Of a stretch of 64,000 nucleotides of DNA, positions 44,500 through 55,032 are shown piece after piece. Within the stretch, counting starts at the first letter, position 1. Every line of letters begins with the position of its first letter. The notes under the pieces were generated by a model. The model was not told the origin of the DNA and ran no database searches. It saw only the letters and a list, made by a program, of their open reading frames with translations. This DNA comes from an uncultured Ruminococcus sp. (GTDB taxonomy: Bacteria > Bacillota > Clostridia > Oscillospirales > CAG-272), in contig CAZVYZ010000001.1 of assembly GCA_964630695.1 (NCBI GenBank), forward strand, positions 8,816 to 72,815, given 5' to 3'. The position numbers were made by a program, and so were the translations under genes.

Positions 44500-45987
44500 A
44501 TGCTGCAAAAACTCGCATCCCTTTTTCTGCTGTTGGGTGTACTGGCAACGCTTGTCGCCTGCGGCGGAAAGAAACCGCCGGCGGACACCGGCGAGAAGAC
44601 CGCAACGGACGAATCGGGCGGGACTGACGGATCGGTCACGGTCCCGACGAACGACCCTTACTACCCGACGCTTCCGTCCGAGATGGATTTTGACGACGCG
44701 GAAATCCGTATTCTTCAACGTAAGGAATACGAAAGCGAAATGAACGCAACCGAGGACGACCCGGACACCATTGCACACGCAATTTGGGTACGGAACAACG
44801 CGGTTGAGACGCAACTGGGCGTGCGCCTGAATTATCTTCCCGCAACGGGAAGCAACAAGACCTATGAGGCAGAGGGTGGAATGCAGTCGGTGCTGGTCAA
44901 CAATATGTCTGCGGGTCCGAAAGACTGCCTCCATCTGATTTCCAACTATGCGGCAAAGGGCGTAATTCTGGTAACGCAGGGCGTCTACAGCGATTTTTCA
45001 AATTTGCCGTATCTGGACACCACGCGCGGATGGTGGGACAGCAGTTATATTGACGCTTCTTCCTACGGCGAAAAAATCTATTCGTTGGTCGGGGCGGCGA
45101 ATACGCTTGCAACCGAGCGACTGCACGTTTGTTTCATCAATTTTGACGTTGCAGCACAGCATTTTCCCGACAGAGACTTTTATCAGACCGTGTTTGACGA
45201 GAAGTGGACGTTTAACGAACTGCTGACCACAATTGCGCAGGTCGGCTATGCCGAATCGAATGGCGGCACATGGGGAATCGGACTGGGGTATAATTCCACC
45301 TCGGCGGACGGCTTCCTGATTGCGCTCGGTGTCAAGATTGTCGAGAAGAACGCGCAGGGCGTGCCGACGCTGGTGATGTCGGACGCGAAAAATGATACCG
45401 TTTGCACCGCGCTCAAGGAACTTTACAACAGCAACGGAGCGGCGGCAAATGACTGGGCTTCCATCAACGGTAAGCAGTACACGGGCAGAACCGCATTCAC
45501 CGAGGGGAAGGCGCTGTTCTATGTAGATACGTTCAGTTATGCACGCAATCGCCTGCGGGATGCGGACTTCCAATATGGTATCATGCCGCTTCCCATGTGG
45601 GAGGAGGGGGACGGCTACCGTACCACGCCGCAGAATGAGTATTCCTGCTTCAGCATCATGTGCAGTCTGCCGCAGGAGATGTACGAGGCGGTCGGCGCCG
45701 TGACGGAATCGTTGGCGTATCACTCCTATGTAACCGTTCACCCCGTGCTGTTTGAGCAGGCGTACCAGTATCAGTATTCGGGCGACAACCCCGAGGCGGT
45801 GCGGATGTACAACCTGTTGGTTTCGAGCCGTGTTTACGATTTCGGTTATATTTATTCCAACGCAATCGGAAAGCCCGTGTTCGTGTTCCGCGACTTTGTG
45901 GTGCAGAATCAATCGGGACTTGCGGATAAGATTGCAGGAAAGAATTTCGGTCCCAAACTGTCCGAATTCCTTGCGTATTTTAAGTAA
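44500..45987 (+). CDS. Extracellular solute-binding lipoprotein (ABC-type sugar binding family)
   Basis: Lipobox LATLVACGG followed by a low-complexity linker; size and composition typical of family-1 SBPs; no adjacent permease genes. Confidence 0.5.
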   Translation: MLQKLASLFLLLGVLATLVACGGKKPPADTGEKTATDESGGTDGSVTVPTNDPYYPTLPSEMDFDDAEIRILQRKEYESEMNATEDDPDTIAHAIWVRNNAVETQLGVRLNYLPATGSNKTYEAEGGMQSVLVNNMSAGPKDCLHLISNYAAKGVILVTQGVYSDFSNLPYLDTTRGWWDSSYIDASSYGEKIYSLVGAANTLATERLHVCFINFDVAAQHFPDRDFYQTVFDEKWTFNELLTTIAQVGYAESNGGTWGIGLGYNSTSADGFLIALGVKIVEKNAQGVPTLVMSDAKNDTVCTALKELYNSNGAAANDWASINGKQYTGRTAFTEGKALFYVDTFSYARNRLRDADFQYGIMPLPMWEEGDGYRTTPQNEYSCFSIMCSLPQEMYEAVGAVTESLAYHSYVTVHPVLFEQAYQYQYSGDNPEAVRMYNLLVSSRVYDFGYIYSNAIGKPVFVFRDFVVQNQSGLADKIAGKNFGPKLSEFLAYFK

Positions 45988-46004
45988 ACAGAGGAGGATT
46001 AAGT

Positions 46005-47342
46005 ATGAAAAAGAGAAACAGAATTCTTTCAATCCTGTTGGCGGTGACGATGCTGACGGGGACCGTTGCGGCAATGCCGCTGTCCGTTGGTGCGGTGGAA
46101 GAAACGGCTTCCGACAACGCATGGTTGAATGTGACGTTTTCGGAGATTCTGACTTCGGATATGACCTCGGATCAGATTGCCGTCAAACTCGAGACGGCTG
46201 GAATTGTACCGAATGCAAACTCCGGAACACCGACCTACTCATTTGCAAACAACAAGCTGAGAATCTCGGCTCCCGATGCCGCTGTGTTTCTGACAATCGA
46301 ACAGGATGACGCGCTGAAAACCGCTTATTCGGAAACGGTTCTCGGCAAGGTTTCGGTGATTTCGCCTATGACGGGAATTGCTTCCGGCAAGACTTCGTGG
46401 GCGTATATGATCTACAGCGGAAAGGACGACAAGAACTGCTACAAGAGCCAGTTCAGAACCACCTCCGATGTCGGAACGAGCGCATATACGTTTGACCCTG
46501 CAGTCAAAGCGGGCGGAAACCATTTGAAGACAGACGGCAAAAACATAGCGAAGGCAATCGGCAACGCTTACACGGAAAAGGTTACAGTTCCCGTGGATGT
46601 CACGGTTCGCATGGACTATGACACCGGAATGTATACCTACATGGGAGAAGTCCTCGTGCAGGATGTGGTGAATTCGGACGCCGCAAAAGAAGCTTGGAAA
46701 ACAAACCGAGACAATGTTTTGTCAAGCAATATCATTCGGCTTGATGTCAGCAAGGGCGCGGCAATCGAGTTGGAATCCATCTGCGTGCGGAGATGGCGCT
46801 TTACCTCCACGCTGACCGACCTTTACGGACGGGAAAGCAAGGTCACGCTTGACATGGGCGCGACACAGACCCTGCCCGTGATTGCGGGTGCGGAATGGAA
46901 GAACGCAAAGGGCGAGACGGTGACGGAAATTGCCGCCAACACCGAGGATACCTACACGCAGGTCACCGACAAGACCGTTGTGTTCTGCGGCGCGCAGGCG
47001 ACCAAGACTTTGACCGACGGGACCTACAGTGTGCGCCTGATTGCGGTGGTGGATTCGATTGATTTCGACGCGGTCGGGTTTGAAGCGACCGTGTCCTACG
47101 GTGACGGCAAGAGTGAAACCGTCAAGGGAGAGTGCCGCTATGTGTACACCTCGATACTCGGGGACGGCGTACCTTACGATGCTACCGATTTCGGCGGCAG
47201 ATACTTCGTGGTCCTGCACGTTGACGGGATTCCCGCTGCAGTGACGCCGGCGGAATGGACGGTCCGCGTTTATACCGTTTCGGGCGGCGCGGAGAGTGAC
47301 GGAATCAGCGGAAGCGTAACGGTGAACGCTCCGCTTGCCTGA
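46005..47342 (+). CDS. Secreted hypothetical protein
   Basis: Signal peptide MKKRNRILSILLAVTMLTGTVAAMPLSVGA; no recognised domain. Confidence 0.5.
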   Translation: MKKRNRILSILLAVTMLTGTVAAMPLSVGAVEETASDNAWLNVTFSEILTSDMTSDQIAVKLETAGIVPNANSGTPTYSFANNKLRISAPDAAVFLTIEQDDALKTAYSETVLGKVSVISPMTGIASGKTSWAYMIYSGKDDKNCYKSQFRTTSDVGTSAYTFDPAVKAGGNHLKTDGKNIAKAIGNAYTEKVTVPVDVTVRMDYDTGMYTYMGEVLVQDVVNSDAAKEAWKTNRDNVLSSNIIRLDVSKGAAIELESICVRRWRFTSTLTDLYGRESKVTLDMGATQTLPVIAGAEWKNAKGETVTEIAANTEDTYTQVTDKTVVFCGAQATKTLTDGTYSVRLIAVVDSIDFDAVGFEATVSYGDGKSETVKGECRYVYTSILGDGVPYDATDFGGRYFVVLHVDGIPAAVTPAEWTVRVYTVSGGAESDGISGSVTVNAPLA

Positions 47343-47497
47343 GGGAGGTAGCAGTATGAAAAGGAGTTACAGTACACCCGTATGTTTCGTAACGGTAGCG
47401 GAAATTGCGGATATTCTGACGCTGTCGCTTGCGGACTATACCAGCGGCAAAACCGACCGGACGACTTGGGGAATTGAGAAACTTTGAGGAGCGGAGA

Positions 47498-48562
47498 ATG
47501 AAACTCAGAAACGTGATTCCGTTTGCTTTGTTGCTTGTCGTGCTGTCCTGCGCCTCCTGCCGATTGCAGAAGGCGCAGGAGAACGGCTCCTCCGCGACCT
47601 CGGCGCGCACGACGGGCGCCGTGACGGAGAACCCCGCACCGACAGGTCCGACCGAGACGGACCCCGAAAGTCCGACCTCAACCGGAAAACCCGAAACGCC
47701 CGAGAAACCCGAATCGCCCGATAAGACCGACGCGACCGATGTTGACCTGATTCTGTTCATGGGACAGTCCAACATGGCGGGGCGTGGAAGTTACGCCGAG
47801 TCGACAACCGTGGGAGAGGGACACGCCTACGAGTTCCGTGCGGTCAGCGACCCGACCAAACTATACCCCCTGCGGGCGAATTTCGGTCTGAACGAAAACA
47901 CCAAAGGCGGAGCGGATGACGGAAGCAAGAAAACCGGCTCGCTCGTTCCCGCGTTCTGCGAGAAGTATTGGCAGGTAACGGGGACGCCCGTGGTGGCGGT
48001 TTCGTGCAGTCAGGGCGGTACGCGGATTGACCAATGGCAGAAGAACGGCGGAAAACTGGAGGATGCGGTGGCAAGACTGAACGCCGCAAAGCAGTTTCTC
48101 GATGCTTCGGAGGACTATCGGATTCGCGGCATTTACATGGTCTGGTGTCAGGGCGAGAGCGACGCGCGCAATCATACGTCGGCGGAGCGCTATCTGGAAC
48201 TGACCAAGGCGATGTACGAGGTGATGCGGTCGGCGGGGGTGGAGCAGTGCTTCCTCATCGGCATCGGCAACTACAACGGCACCGAGGACCCGCAGGATTC
48301 GTTCGTCTACATCCAAGAGGCGCAGAAGAAACTTTGCGCGGAGTCGGCGGATTTTCTGTTGGTCTCTACCGCATTCGCTGACCTGCGGGACCGCATGAAG
48401 GACGATTTCCATTTTTATCAGGACGCATACAATCTGGTCGGAGCCGAGGCCGGCACTTCCGCGGGCGCGTGGGTGCGCGCACGGAATGACGGCGGCGGAC
48501 TGCGCCTCTCGGATTATGACGACGCACACAGGGATTCGGTAACATGGAAACAGAACGGATAA
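47498..48562 (+). CDS. Sialate O-acetylesterase-like SGNH carbohydrate esterase lipoprotein
   Basis: Lipobox VLSCASC, Pro/Thr-rich linker, LILFMGQSNMAGRG motif. Confidence 0.65.
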   Translation: MKLRNVIPFALLLVVLSCASCRLQKAQENGSSATSARTTGAVTENPAPTGPTETDPESPTSTGKPETPEKPESPDKTDATDVDLILFMGQSNMAGRGSYAESTTVGEGHAYEFRAVSDPTKLYPLRANFGLNENTKGGADDGSKKTGSLVPAFCEKYWQVTGTPVVAVSCSQGGTRIDQWQKNGGKLEDAVARLNAAKQFLDASEDYRIRGIYMVWCQGESDARNHTSAERYLELTKAMYEVMRSAGVEQCFLIGIGNYNGTEDPQDSFVYIQEAQKKLCAESADFLLVSTAFADLRDRMKDDFHFYQDAYNLVGAEAGTSAGAWVRARNDGGGLRLSDYDDAHRDSVTWKQNG

Positions 48563-49779
48563 ATGAACTACGTTCAGAACTACGTTCAGAAATACGTTCG
48601 GAACTGCTTTCGTCCGTCGGCACTTTTTCCGCCCTCCGCGCCGTTTCAAGAGGTGCGGTCGCGGCGGAAAGTGTCGGGGACGCGGCAACCTTTGAAAAAA
48701 CGCTCGCGGTACTGACTGCGGGTGGCTATCGGCTCACCGCAAATCGGGAGAGCGGCGGAAATCGTTTCGCCGCTCTTTCGGGCGGAAACCGAAAACTGAC
48801 GGTCGGTTTGTTTGCCGTCGACGGACGCTTACGCGTAACCGTGGAGCAAATGCCGCGTGTGCTGACGCTTGGGGCGCAGGGTCCCGTCCGCTATCCCGCC
48901 GTGACGCTGACGCAGTTTGCCACGCACACCTCCTATTCTACGCGCGTGCGCGGGAGTGCAAGCGGGATGGGGTACGTCCTGCGCCTGCGAGACGGGCGGC
49001 TGATTGTCATCGATGGCGGCTTTCACTTAGCCCCCGATTTCGGGGACGACTATCCGGACTTCCGCGACCTGTTGCGGGAACTCTCGGGCGGCGAGCGCCC
49101 GCAGGTTGCCCTGTGGGTCCTCACCCATGCGCACATTGACCATTACGGGCTGTTGCGGTCGTGGAAGCCCGAGGACGCGGAAATCGGCGCTTACCTTGCA
49201 ACGCTTCCGCCCGACGGCATCAGCGATGCGGCGTGTGCGGATATGGCAGAGAGCGTGCCGTTCTTTGCCGAAAAAACGGTGACCGCGCACACGGGGGACC
49301 TGTTCGACTTCGGCGACGTGCAATTGGAGGTCTTTTACACCTGCGAGGACCTTGCATGGAGCAACCCCGAGGCGCTCTCGCGCGACCTGAACAATCAATC
49401 GCTGATTTTCGCGGTGCGAACGGGCGGGGAGCAGATTCTCTTCACGGGTGACGCGCGCTATCCCGCACTGGACCGCGCCGCGCGGACGGCAGGGGAGCGG
49501 ATTCAATCGGCGGTTTGCCAGATTCCGCACCACGGCAGAACGGTTGCGGGGGACAACGCCGCCATGTCGCGCATTGCGCCGCGCGTTGCGCTGTGGCCTG
49601 CCTGCCGCACGCAGATTGACTACGATTCCTCGCATATCGAGGGAGTCAACGCGTGGATTTTCGGCGCGGACTCCACGGTGACCGACCATTTTGTTGCAAA
49701 CGACGGTACGGTAACGCTGACGCTCCCTTATCGGGCGGTCGGCAGACCCTACCGAAAGGAGGAGAACGAATGCGAATGA
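48544..49779 (+). CDS. MBL-fold metallo-hydrolase
   Basis: VLTHAHIDHYG (HxHxDH) and later HHG; start uncertain. Confidence 0.6.
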   Translation: METERINELRSELRSEIRSELLSSVGTFSALRAVSRGAVAAESVGDAATFEKTLAVLTAGGYRLTANRESGGNRFAALSGGNRKLTVGLFAVDGRLRVTVEQMPRVLTLGAQGPVRYPAVTLTQFATHTSYSTRVRGSASGMGYVLRLRDGRLIVIDGGFHLAPDFGDDYPDFRDLLRELSGGERPQVALWVLTHAHIDHYGLLRSWKPEDAEIGAYLATLPPDGISDAACADMAESVPFFAEKTVTAHTGDLFDFGDVQLEVFYTCEDLAWSNPEALSRDLNNQSLIFAVRTGGEQILFTGDARYPALDRAARTAGERIQSAVCQIPHHGRTVAGDNAAMSRIAPRVALWPACRTQIDYDSSHIEGVNAWIFGADSTVTDHFVANDGTVTLTLPYRAVGRPYRKEENECE

Positions 49780-51908
49780 AGAAACTGTCGGTCTGCGCGC
49801 TTTTGCTGACCGTTTTGCTGTGCCTGCTCGCCGCCTGCCAAATTCCGTCATCCGGCGGCAACACGTCCACTTCGGAGCGAACCGCGGATGCAACGGAAAG
49901 CGCGCCCGCAACCTCGGAGGAGCCGACGGGAACGCTTGTCACAAAGGTCCGCGTGGTGTATTCCGCGAGCGCGACGGAACCCGAAAAGGCGGCGGCAAAA
50001 CGCCTGCGTACGGCGTTGGGAGCCTGCACCGAAACCGAACTTGTGACGGACACGCGCAGCGGACTTGCCGAGGTGTACGAAATCGCGGTGGGGGATACCA
50101 ACCGCCCGCAGTCTGCTTCGGCATTGGAGGGCGTGACCGGAACGCGCTACGTATCCGAGGTCGGACCCTCGGGCGCGGTTCTGCAAGCCTCCAACGATAC
50201 CTGCCTCGATTCCGCCGTGACGTTCCTGCTGACCCGTTACGGGACCGATGCGGGACTGCGGGTCCCACAGGCGACCGAGCGGACCGTCAGCGAACCGCTT
50301 CCCGCACTGGCGCTCGTGCGGAACGGCGCAATGCGGTATCGGCTCCTGTACGACCGCTCACTGACTTCGTCTGTGATGACGGGGGCGGTGCGGACACTTG
50401 CAACCTCGATGAGCGATGCGACGGGATTGCGCGTGGGGACCGAGAGCGCGGGAACCAATCTGCCGCCCGAGCCGTTGTTGCTTGTCGGTTCTGCGGGGGA
50501 CAGCGAGGTCACGAAGGCTTTCTATAACAGCCTTGCACCGAACGAATACGGCATCGTTGCGGACGGGGACCGTATCTGCCTGCTCGGGAAAACCGACCAC
50601 TCGCTGCGGCTCTGCATGGAGCAGTTCGGTCGGCTGTTCCGTTACTCTCTGGAGCAGAACGCGGACGGTGGCTGGGACGTCAGCCTGCTTTACGACGCGC
50701 CGCTCCGCTACACTTACGACGCCTATGCGGCGGATTATCCGCTCTACACCGACGGAACGCTCGCGTGGGTTGACTGCGCGAACGATACGCTCGAATGTAT
50801 CGCAAGCGGGACCACCGAGGCGGCATACGCGACCTACATCGGGCGGCTGATGGACGCGGGATATGCCGTCAATCAGAGCGAGCAGGTCGGCTCCAACCGT
50901 TTTGCAACGCTGACGGACGGAAAGACGGTTCTCGTGGTCAACTACCTTGCGGCGGATTCCTCGGTCCGTATCTTTTCCACTCCGAAAAATCAGGCGGTTC
51001 TGCCGACCGAGAACCCCGTCTCGGGCATCGGACAGGTGACCGACAGCACCCTGACGGTTCTGGCGCTTGACTATCAGGCGCAGTGGGATAACGGATGGGT
51101 CAAGGTCGGGAATAACGGGCTTTCGTTCGTGTTCACGCTCACGGACGGCAGTTACCTGATTTATGATGGCGGTCACGCGGTGGATGCGGGAACGCTATAC
51201 GACTTCCTTTCCGCCAATAATCACCGCAGGGACGGAAAGATTGTGATTGCTGCGTGGGTCCTGACCCACAGCCATTCGGACCATTACGGATGCTTTAAGC
51301 AGTTTGCATCCGACTACGGCAGAGAGGTGTTGCTCGAATCGGTGATTGTCAGTCCCGTTTCCATGTACCGTTGGCGGGACAGCGCGGACGACGCCTATCT
51401 TGCCGAGGGGATAGAGAGCGACATCCGCCGCTTTTCGGGAACGCGCCGGATTGTCATGCCGCACATGGGACAGCGACTGGCGGTCGGGAACGCCACGGTG
51501 GAAATTCTGCTGACCTCGGAGGACGTTTTCCCCTACCGCTTGGAATACGGCAACGAGGGGTGCATGGTCACGCGGGTCACCCTTGACGGAAGCAGCGTGC
51601 TGATGATGGGGGACTGCGAGAATTCGCCGTCCTCAAAACTGATGGACTTCCGGGGCGAAAATCTGTACAGCGACATTTTGCAGGTCCCGCACCACGGGAA
51701 CAGCGGCGGCTCGGAAAAACTTTACCGCTTGGTGAATCCGACGGTTGCAATCTTCCCCACGAGTGCGGTCAGTTATGAGAAATACACCGCCAAGGGATGG
51801 AAAGACGGCTCGGGACACCTGCTGGTCAACGGCATTGCAAAGCGGTCCTACCATGCGGGCGAGACTTTTACCCTGATAATGAAAAATCTGACGGAGAGAC
51901 AGAAATGA
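49770..51908 (+). CDS. Lipoprotein with C-terminal MBL-fold domain
   Basis: Lipobox LLAACQ; VLTHSHSDHYGC and VPHHGNSGG in the C-terminal third. Confidence 0.6.
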   Translation: MRMKKLSVCALLLTVLLCLLAACQIPSSGGNTSTSERTADATESAPATSEEPTGTLVTKVRVVYSASATEPEKAAAKRLRTALGACTETELVTDTRSGLAEVYEIAVGDTNRPQSASALEGVTGTRYVSEVGPSGAVLQASNDTCLDSAVTFLLTRYGTDAGLRVPQATERTVSEPLPALALVRNGAMRYRLLYDRSLTSSVMTGAVRTLATSMSDATGLRVGTESAGTNLPPEPLLLVGSAGDSEVTKAFYNSLAPNEYGIVADGDRICLLGKTDHSLRLCMEQFGRLFRYSLEQNADGGWDVSLLYDAPLRYTYDAYAADYPLYTDGTLAWVDCANDTLECIASGTTEAAYATYIGRLMDAGYAVNQSEQVGSNRFATLTDGKTVLVVNYLAADSSVRIFSTPKNQAVLPTENPVSGIGQVTDSTLTVLALDYQAQWDNGWVKVGNNGLSFVFTLTDGSYLIYDGGHAVDAGTLYDFLSANNHRRDGKIVIAAWVLTHSHSDHYGCFKQFASDYGREVLLESVIVSPVSMYRWRDSADDAYLAEGIESDIRRFSGTRRIVMPHMGQRLAVGNATVEILLTSEDVFPYRLEYGNEGCMVTRVTLDGSSVLMMGDCENSPSSKLMDFRGENLYSDILQVPHHGNSGGSEKLYRLVNPTVAIFPTSAVSYEKYTAKGWKDGSGHLLVNGIAKRSYHAGETFTLIMKNLTERQK

Positions 51909-52564
51909 AGCACGAAGAAACTGTAAAAGCGATAGAAGCAAATAAAATCATCACCATCCTGCGCGGGCTGACCGAGGAACAACTCATCCGCACCTGTGAG
52001 GCAATGGAAAAGGGCGGCATCCGCTTGGCGGAGGTCACGTTCAGCGCGACGGGGGAGCCGTCCGACGAGGTCATCGCGGGCTATATCCGCACGCTTGCCG
52101 CGCATTTTGCGGGCAGTATGCACATCGGCGCGGGAACTGTGCTGACCGAGCGGCAGGTCCGCCTTGCCGCCGAAGCGGGCGCGGAGTTCATCATTTCCCC
52201 CGATACGAATGCGGACGTCATCCGCGCAACGCGGGATGCGGGGTTGGTTTCCATCCCGGGGGCATTTACCCCGAGCGAAGCCACGGCGGCGCACCGTGCG
52301 GGCGCGGATTTCATCAAGTTGTTTCCGAACAGCGAGGTGAAAATTTCCTATCTCAAGGCACTTGCGGTGCCGCTGTCGCACATCCGCTTCCTCGCGGTTG
52401 GCGGCGTGAATGACGGGAATCTGCCCGACTACCTTGCCGCAGGCGCCAAGGGGGTCGGTATTGCGACGGGAATCGTCAACAAAAAGTTGATTGCGGCAGG
52501 GGACTATGACGCTATCACCGCATTGGCGGCACGTTATACGGAGAGAGCGGGGGTCGGAAAATAA
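51905..52564 (+). CDS. eda: KDPG / KHG aldolase
   Basis: 219 aa; IGAGTVL, ISP and FIKLFP (Schiff-base Lys) motifs. Confidence 0.85.
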   Translation: MKHEETVKAIEANKIITILRGLTEEQLIRTCEAMEKGGIRLAEVTFSATGEPSDEVIAGYIRTLAAHFAGSMHIGAGTVLTERQVRLAAEAGAEFIISPDTNADVIRATRDAGLVSIPGAFTPSEATAAHRAGADFIKLFPNSEVKISYLKALAVPLSHIRFLAVGGVNDGNLPDYLAAGAKGVGIATGIVNKKLIAAGDYDAITALAARYTERAGVGK

Positions 52565-53520
52565 TGAACAAACCGATAGTTGCGATGCCGTTCCGGCACC
52601 ATGCAAGCCATGTCTGTGCCGAGGCACGGAAGATGCTGACCGATGCGGGCTTTGCATTGGTCTGCAACGACACGGGAGAAAAACTCTCGCCCGAGGAACA
52701 GCACGGGATGATTCGCGGCGCGTTCGCCGTGATTGCGGGGACCGAGCGCTACGATGACGCGATGCTGGAGGGATGCGACGACCTGCGGGTTATCATGCGG
52801 TTCGGGGTCGGGACCGATAATTTTGATTTGGACGCAATGAAGCGGCGGGGGATTGCGGTCGGTGTGATTGCGAACTACAATGCCGTGGCGGAATTCACGC
52901 TGACGCTGATGCTCTCGGCGCTGAAAAGTTACCCGCGACTGGACCGTGAGGTGCGCGCGGGCGGATGGGGACGCTTCCCGATGCGCGAACTGACGGGAAA
53001 GACGGTCGGACTTGTCGGGTTCGGCAGAATCGGGAAACGACTGGCGGAACTGCTCGGTGGCTTTGGCGTGACTCTGCTTGTCTATGACCCCTATGTGGAT
53101 GCGGAGACCGTGCGGCGGTACGGCGGCGAGAAAACAACGCTTGAATCCCTGCTTGAGCGGGCTGACGTGGTTTCTCTGCATTTGCCATCCACGCCCGAGA
53201 CATACCATCTGATGAACGCGGAACGTCTGGCACGGATGCGGGACGGCGCCTACCTCATCAACACTGCGCGCGGCGCACTGGTGGAGGAAGCGGCTTTGGT
53301 TGCGGCACTGAAAAGCGGCAAGTTGGCGGGCGCGGGTCTGGACGTTTACGAAACCGAACCCGTGACGCCCGAAAATCCGCTGTTTGCGTTTGAGAATACG
53401 GCGTTTGCCCCGCACTGTTCGGCAATCACCTACGAGACGAATTACAACGGCGGCTTGATTTGCGCCGAGTCGATTCTCCGCGTCCGTGACGGCGGAAAGC
53501 CCGTGTACAGTCTGTTTTGA
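52564..53520 (+). CDS. D-isomer-specific 2-hydroxyacid dehydrogenase family protein
   Basis: GKTVGLVGFGRIGKRLA, INTARGALVEE, LDVYETEP, APH. Confidence 0.85.
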   Translation: MNKPIVAMPFRHHASHVCAEARKMLTDAGFALVCNDTGEKLSPEEQHGMIRGAFAVIAGTERYDDAMLEGCDDLRVIMRFGVGTDNFDLDAMKRRGIAVGVIANYNAVAEFTLTLMLSALKSYPRLDREVRAGGWGRFPMRELTGKTVGLVGFGRIGKRLAELLGGFGVTLLVYDPYVDAETVRRYGGEKTTLESLLERADVVSLHLPSTPETYHLMNAERLARMRDGAYLINTARGALVEEAALVAALKSGKLAGAGLDVYETEPVTPENPLFAFENTAFAPHCSAITYETNYNGGLICAESILRVRDGGKPVYSLF

Positions 53521-53568
53521 AAGGGAAAGCAACCCTCGCAATCCGAGTCGGACCGTTGGAATTGCGCG

Positions 53569-53619
53569 AAAAAAGGCGGTTGCCAACAGGATTGAAATCC
53601 TGTTGGCAACCGCCTTTTT
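53569..53619. terminator. Bidirectional rho-independent terminator
   Basis: AAAAAAGGCGGTTGCCAACAGGATT gaa ATCCTGTTGGCAACCGCCTTTTT. Confidence 0.9.
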
Positions 53620-53631
53620 GTGTTCGGAAAC

Positions 53632-55032
53632 TCAGTCTATCATCAGGACTCCCGCGACCGTCCCTTTGAGGCGCTTCACGGTTTCGGTTTCCTTATTCAC
53701 GTCACTGTAGCAGGATACGCCGGCGTGCTCGATTAAAACGACCAAATCGCACTGTCCGACCTTGCCAATCGTATCCGCGTCTGTTGAAACACGGCTTCCC
53801 TGCAAAAATTTCTTTTCGGGCAGAATGGCTTGGAACGCTTCGCAGGCGGTCCGAATGTAGTTCTCCTCCGCACTGCCCGCCACAAGCACGGTCTTTGCTT
53901 CGGGGTAGGCACCTGCCACAAAGGACATTGCCGCTGCATAAACGCCGGTTGCGTCGGTCGTTGTGGAGAGTCCCGCTTTGCTGCGCAACTTCAGATCAAA
54001 CTTTTTCATGGAACCGACTTTTGCGGTATCCGCAGGCAAGGTGCCGAGAATCTTCAGTCCCTGCCGCCGTGCCAAATCATCTGCCGAGTAAATGCGGTTG
54101 CCGGCGGTCATTTTGACGCAGGCGATTGCGCATGCAATCACAAGACCGACAAGCGCGCCAACGATTGCCATTTTGATACTGCTTTTCAGCGCGGTGGTTT
54201 TATCGGTGGCAGGCTTTTTGATTTGCAGGGCTTCCTCTTTCAGTTCGTCGTAATGCTCGCTCTGCTCCGTGAACTGCGTTCTGAGTTCCGACAGCGTATC
54301 CCGTTTGTCCTGCTGCCGCTGCAACAGTCCGCTGTCGACCGTGGTGTAGACGCTGTCGGAGAGTTTTCCGACCGTATGCTCGTCCAACGCACTTTCAATC
54401 AGCGTCTTGTTGGCGGTCACAATGTTATCCAACATACCGAGAATTTTTGTCGCGTCGGCTTCATTGTCGCAGATGACCTGTACGGTAAATGTTCCCGAAT
54501 TGCTGCTCCATGCCGAGACCAATTCTCTGATATAGCGCAACTCCATGTTGAATTCCTTGCCGACAGTCTGAAGATTGCTTTCGCTTGTCAGAATCTGAAC
54601 GTAGGAACTGACGATGGTGCTTGTGTAATCAGGGTTCTGGATTGACATATCCGGCATAATCTGATAGTCCGTTTTCACATAGTAGGTGCGCTTTGCTATC
54701 GCGACCGCATATGGGTCAATCTTCATATAACGGGAATTCTCCACGTACTTTTGCTGCTCGTCAATCTCTTTCGCAATGTCTCCCAGCCGCTCCACGGTGG
54801 CGCGTCTTTCCTCTTTGTTGTTCGCGACCAACGCATTATAGGTTGCTTCCGCCAAGGCAGTTTCCTGCGAGTGGTTTATGGAGTACACCGTCAGCGCAAA
54901 TTTCACAGCGCCCACGAGGACCGCCGCGGCAAGCATCCAACACAGCACCATTCTCCATTTCCTGCAAATGCCCCAAAAGACCTGCGAGAAGTCGATTTCC
55001 TGTTCCGTGTCCTGTTCCATTTCCTGATTCAT
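53632..55032 (-). CDS. Wzz-like polysaccharide chain-length determinant with degenerate BY-kinase-like C-domain
   Basis: 466 aa; N-terminal TM, long coiled periplasmic-type region, second TM IVGALVGLVIACAIA; the C-domain (KTVLVAGSAEENY) lacks a GKS/T Walker A. Confidence 0.5.
   Translation of the reverse strand: MNQEMEQDTEQEIDFSQVFWGICRKWRMVLCWMLAAAVLVGAVKFALTVYSINHSQETALAEATYNALVANNKEERRATVERLGDIAKEIDEQQKYVENSRYMKIDPYAVAIAKRTYYVKTDYQIMPDMSIQNPDYTSTIVSSYVQILTSESNLQTVGKEFNMELRYIRELVSAWSSNSGTFTVQVICDNEADATKILGMLDNIVTANKTLIESALDEHTVGKLSDSVYTTVDSGLLQRQQDKRDTLSELRTQFTEQSEHYDELKEEALQIKKPATDKTTALKSSIKMAIVGALVGLVIACAIACVKMTAGNRIYSADDLARRQGLKILGTLPADTAKVGSMKKFDLKLRSKAGLSTTTDATGVYAAAMSFVAGAYPEAKTVLVAGSAEENYIRTACEAFQAILPEKKFLQGSRVSTDADTIGKVGQCDLVVLIEHAGVSCYSDVNKETETVKRLKGTVAGVLMID

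Noticed and set aside
47356-47487. 43-codon ORF (MKRSYSTPVCFVTVAEIADILTLSLADYTSGK...) between the secreted-protein and esterase genes, possibly a small HTH or excisionase
   Set aside because: It is too short, has no clear RBS and no recognisable motif beyond a vague HTH-like stretch. It is left unannotated.
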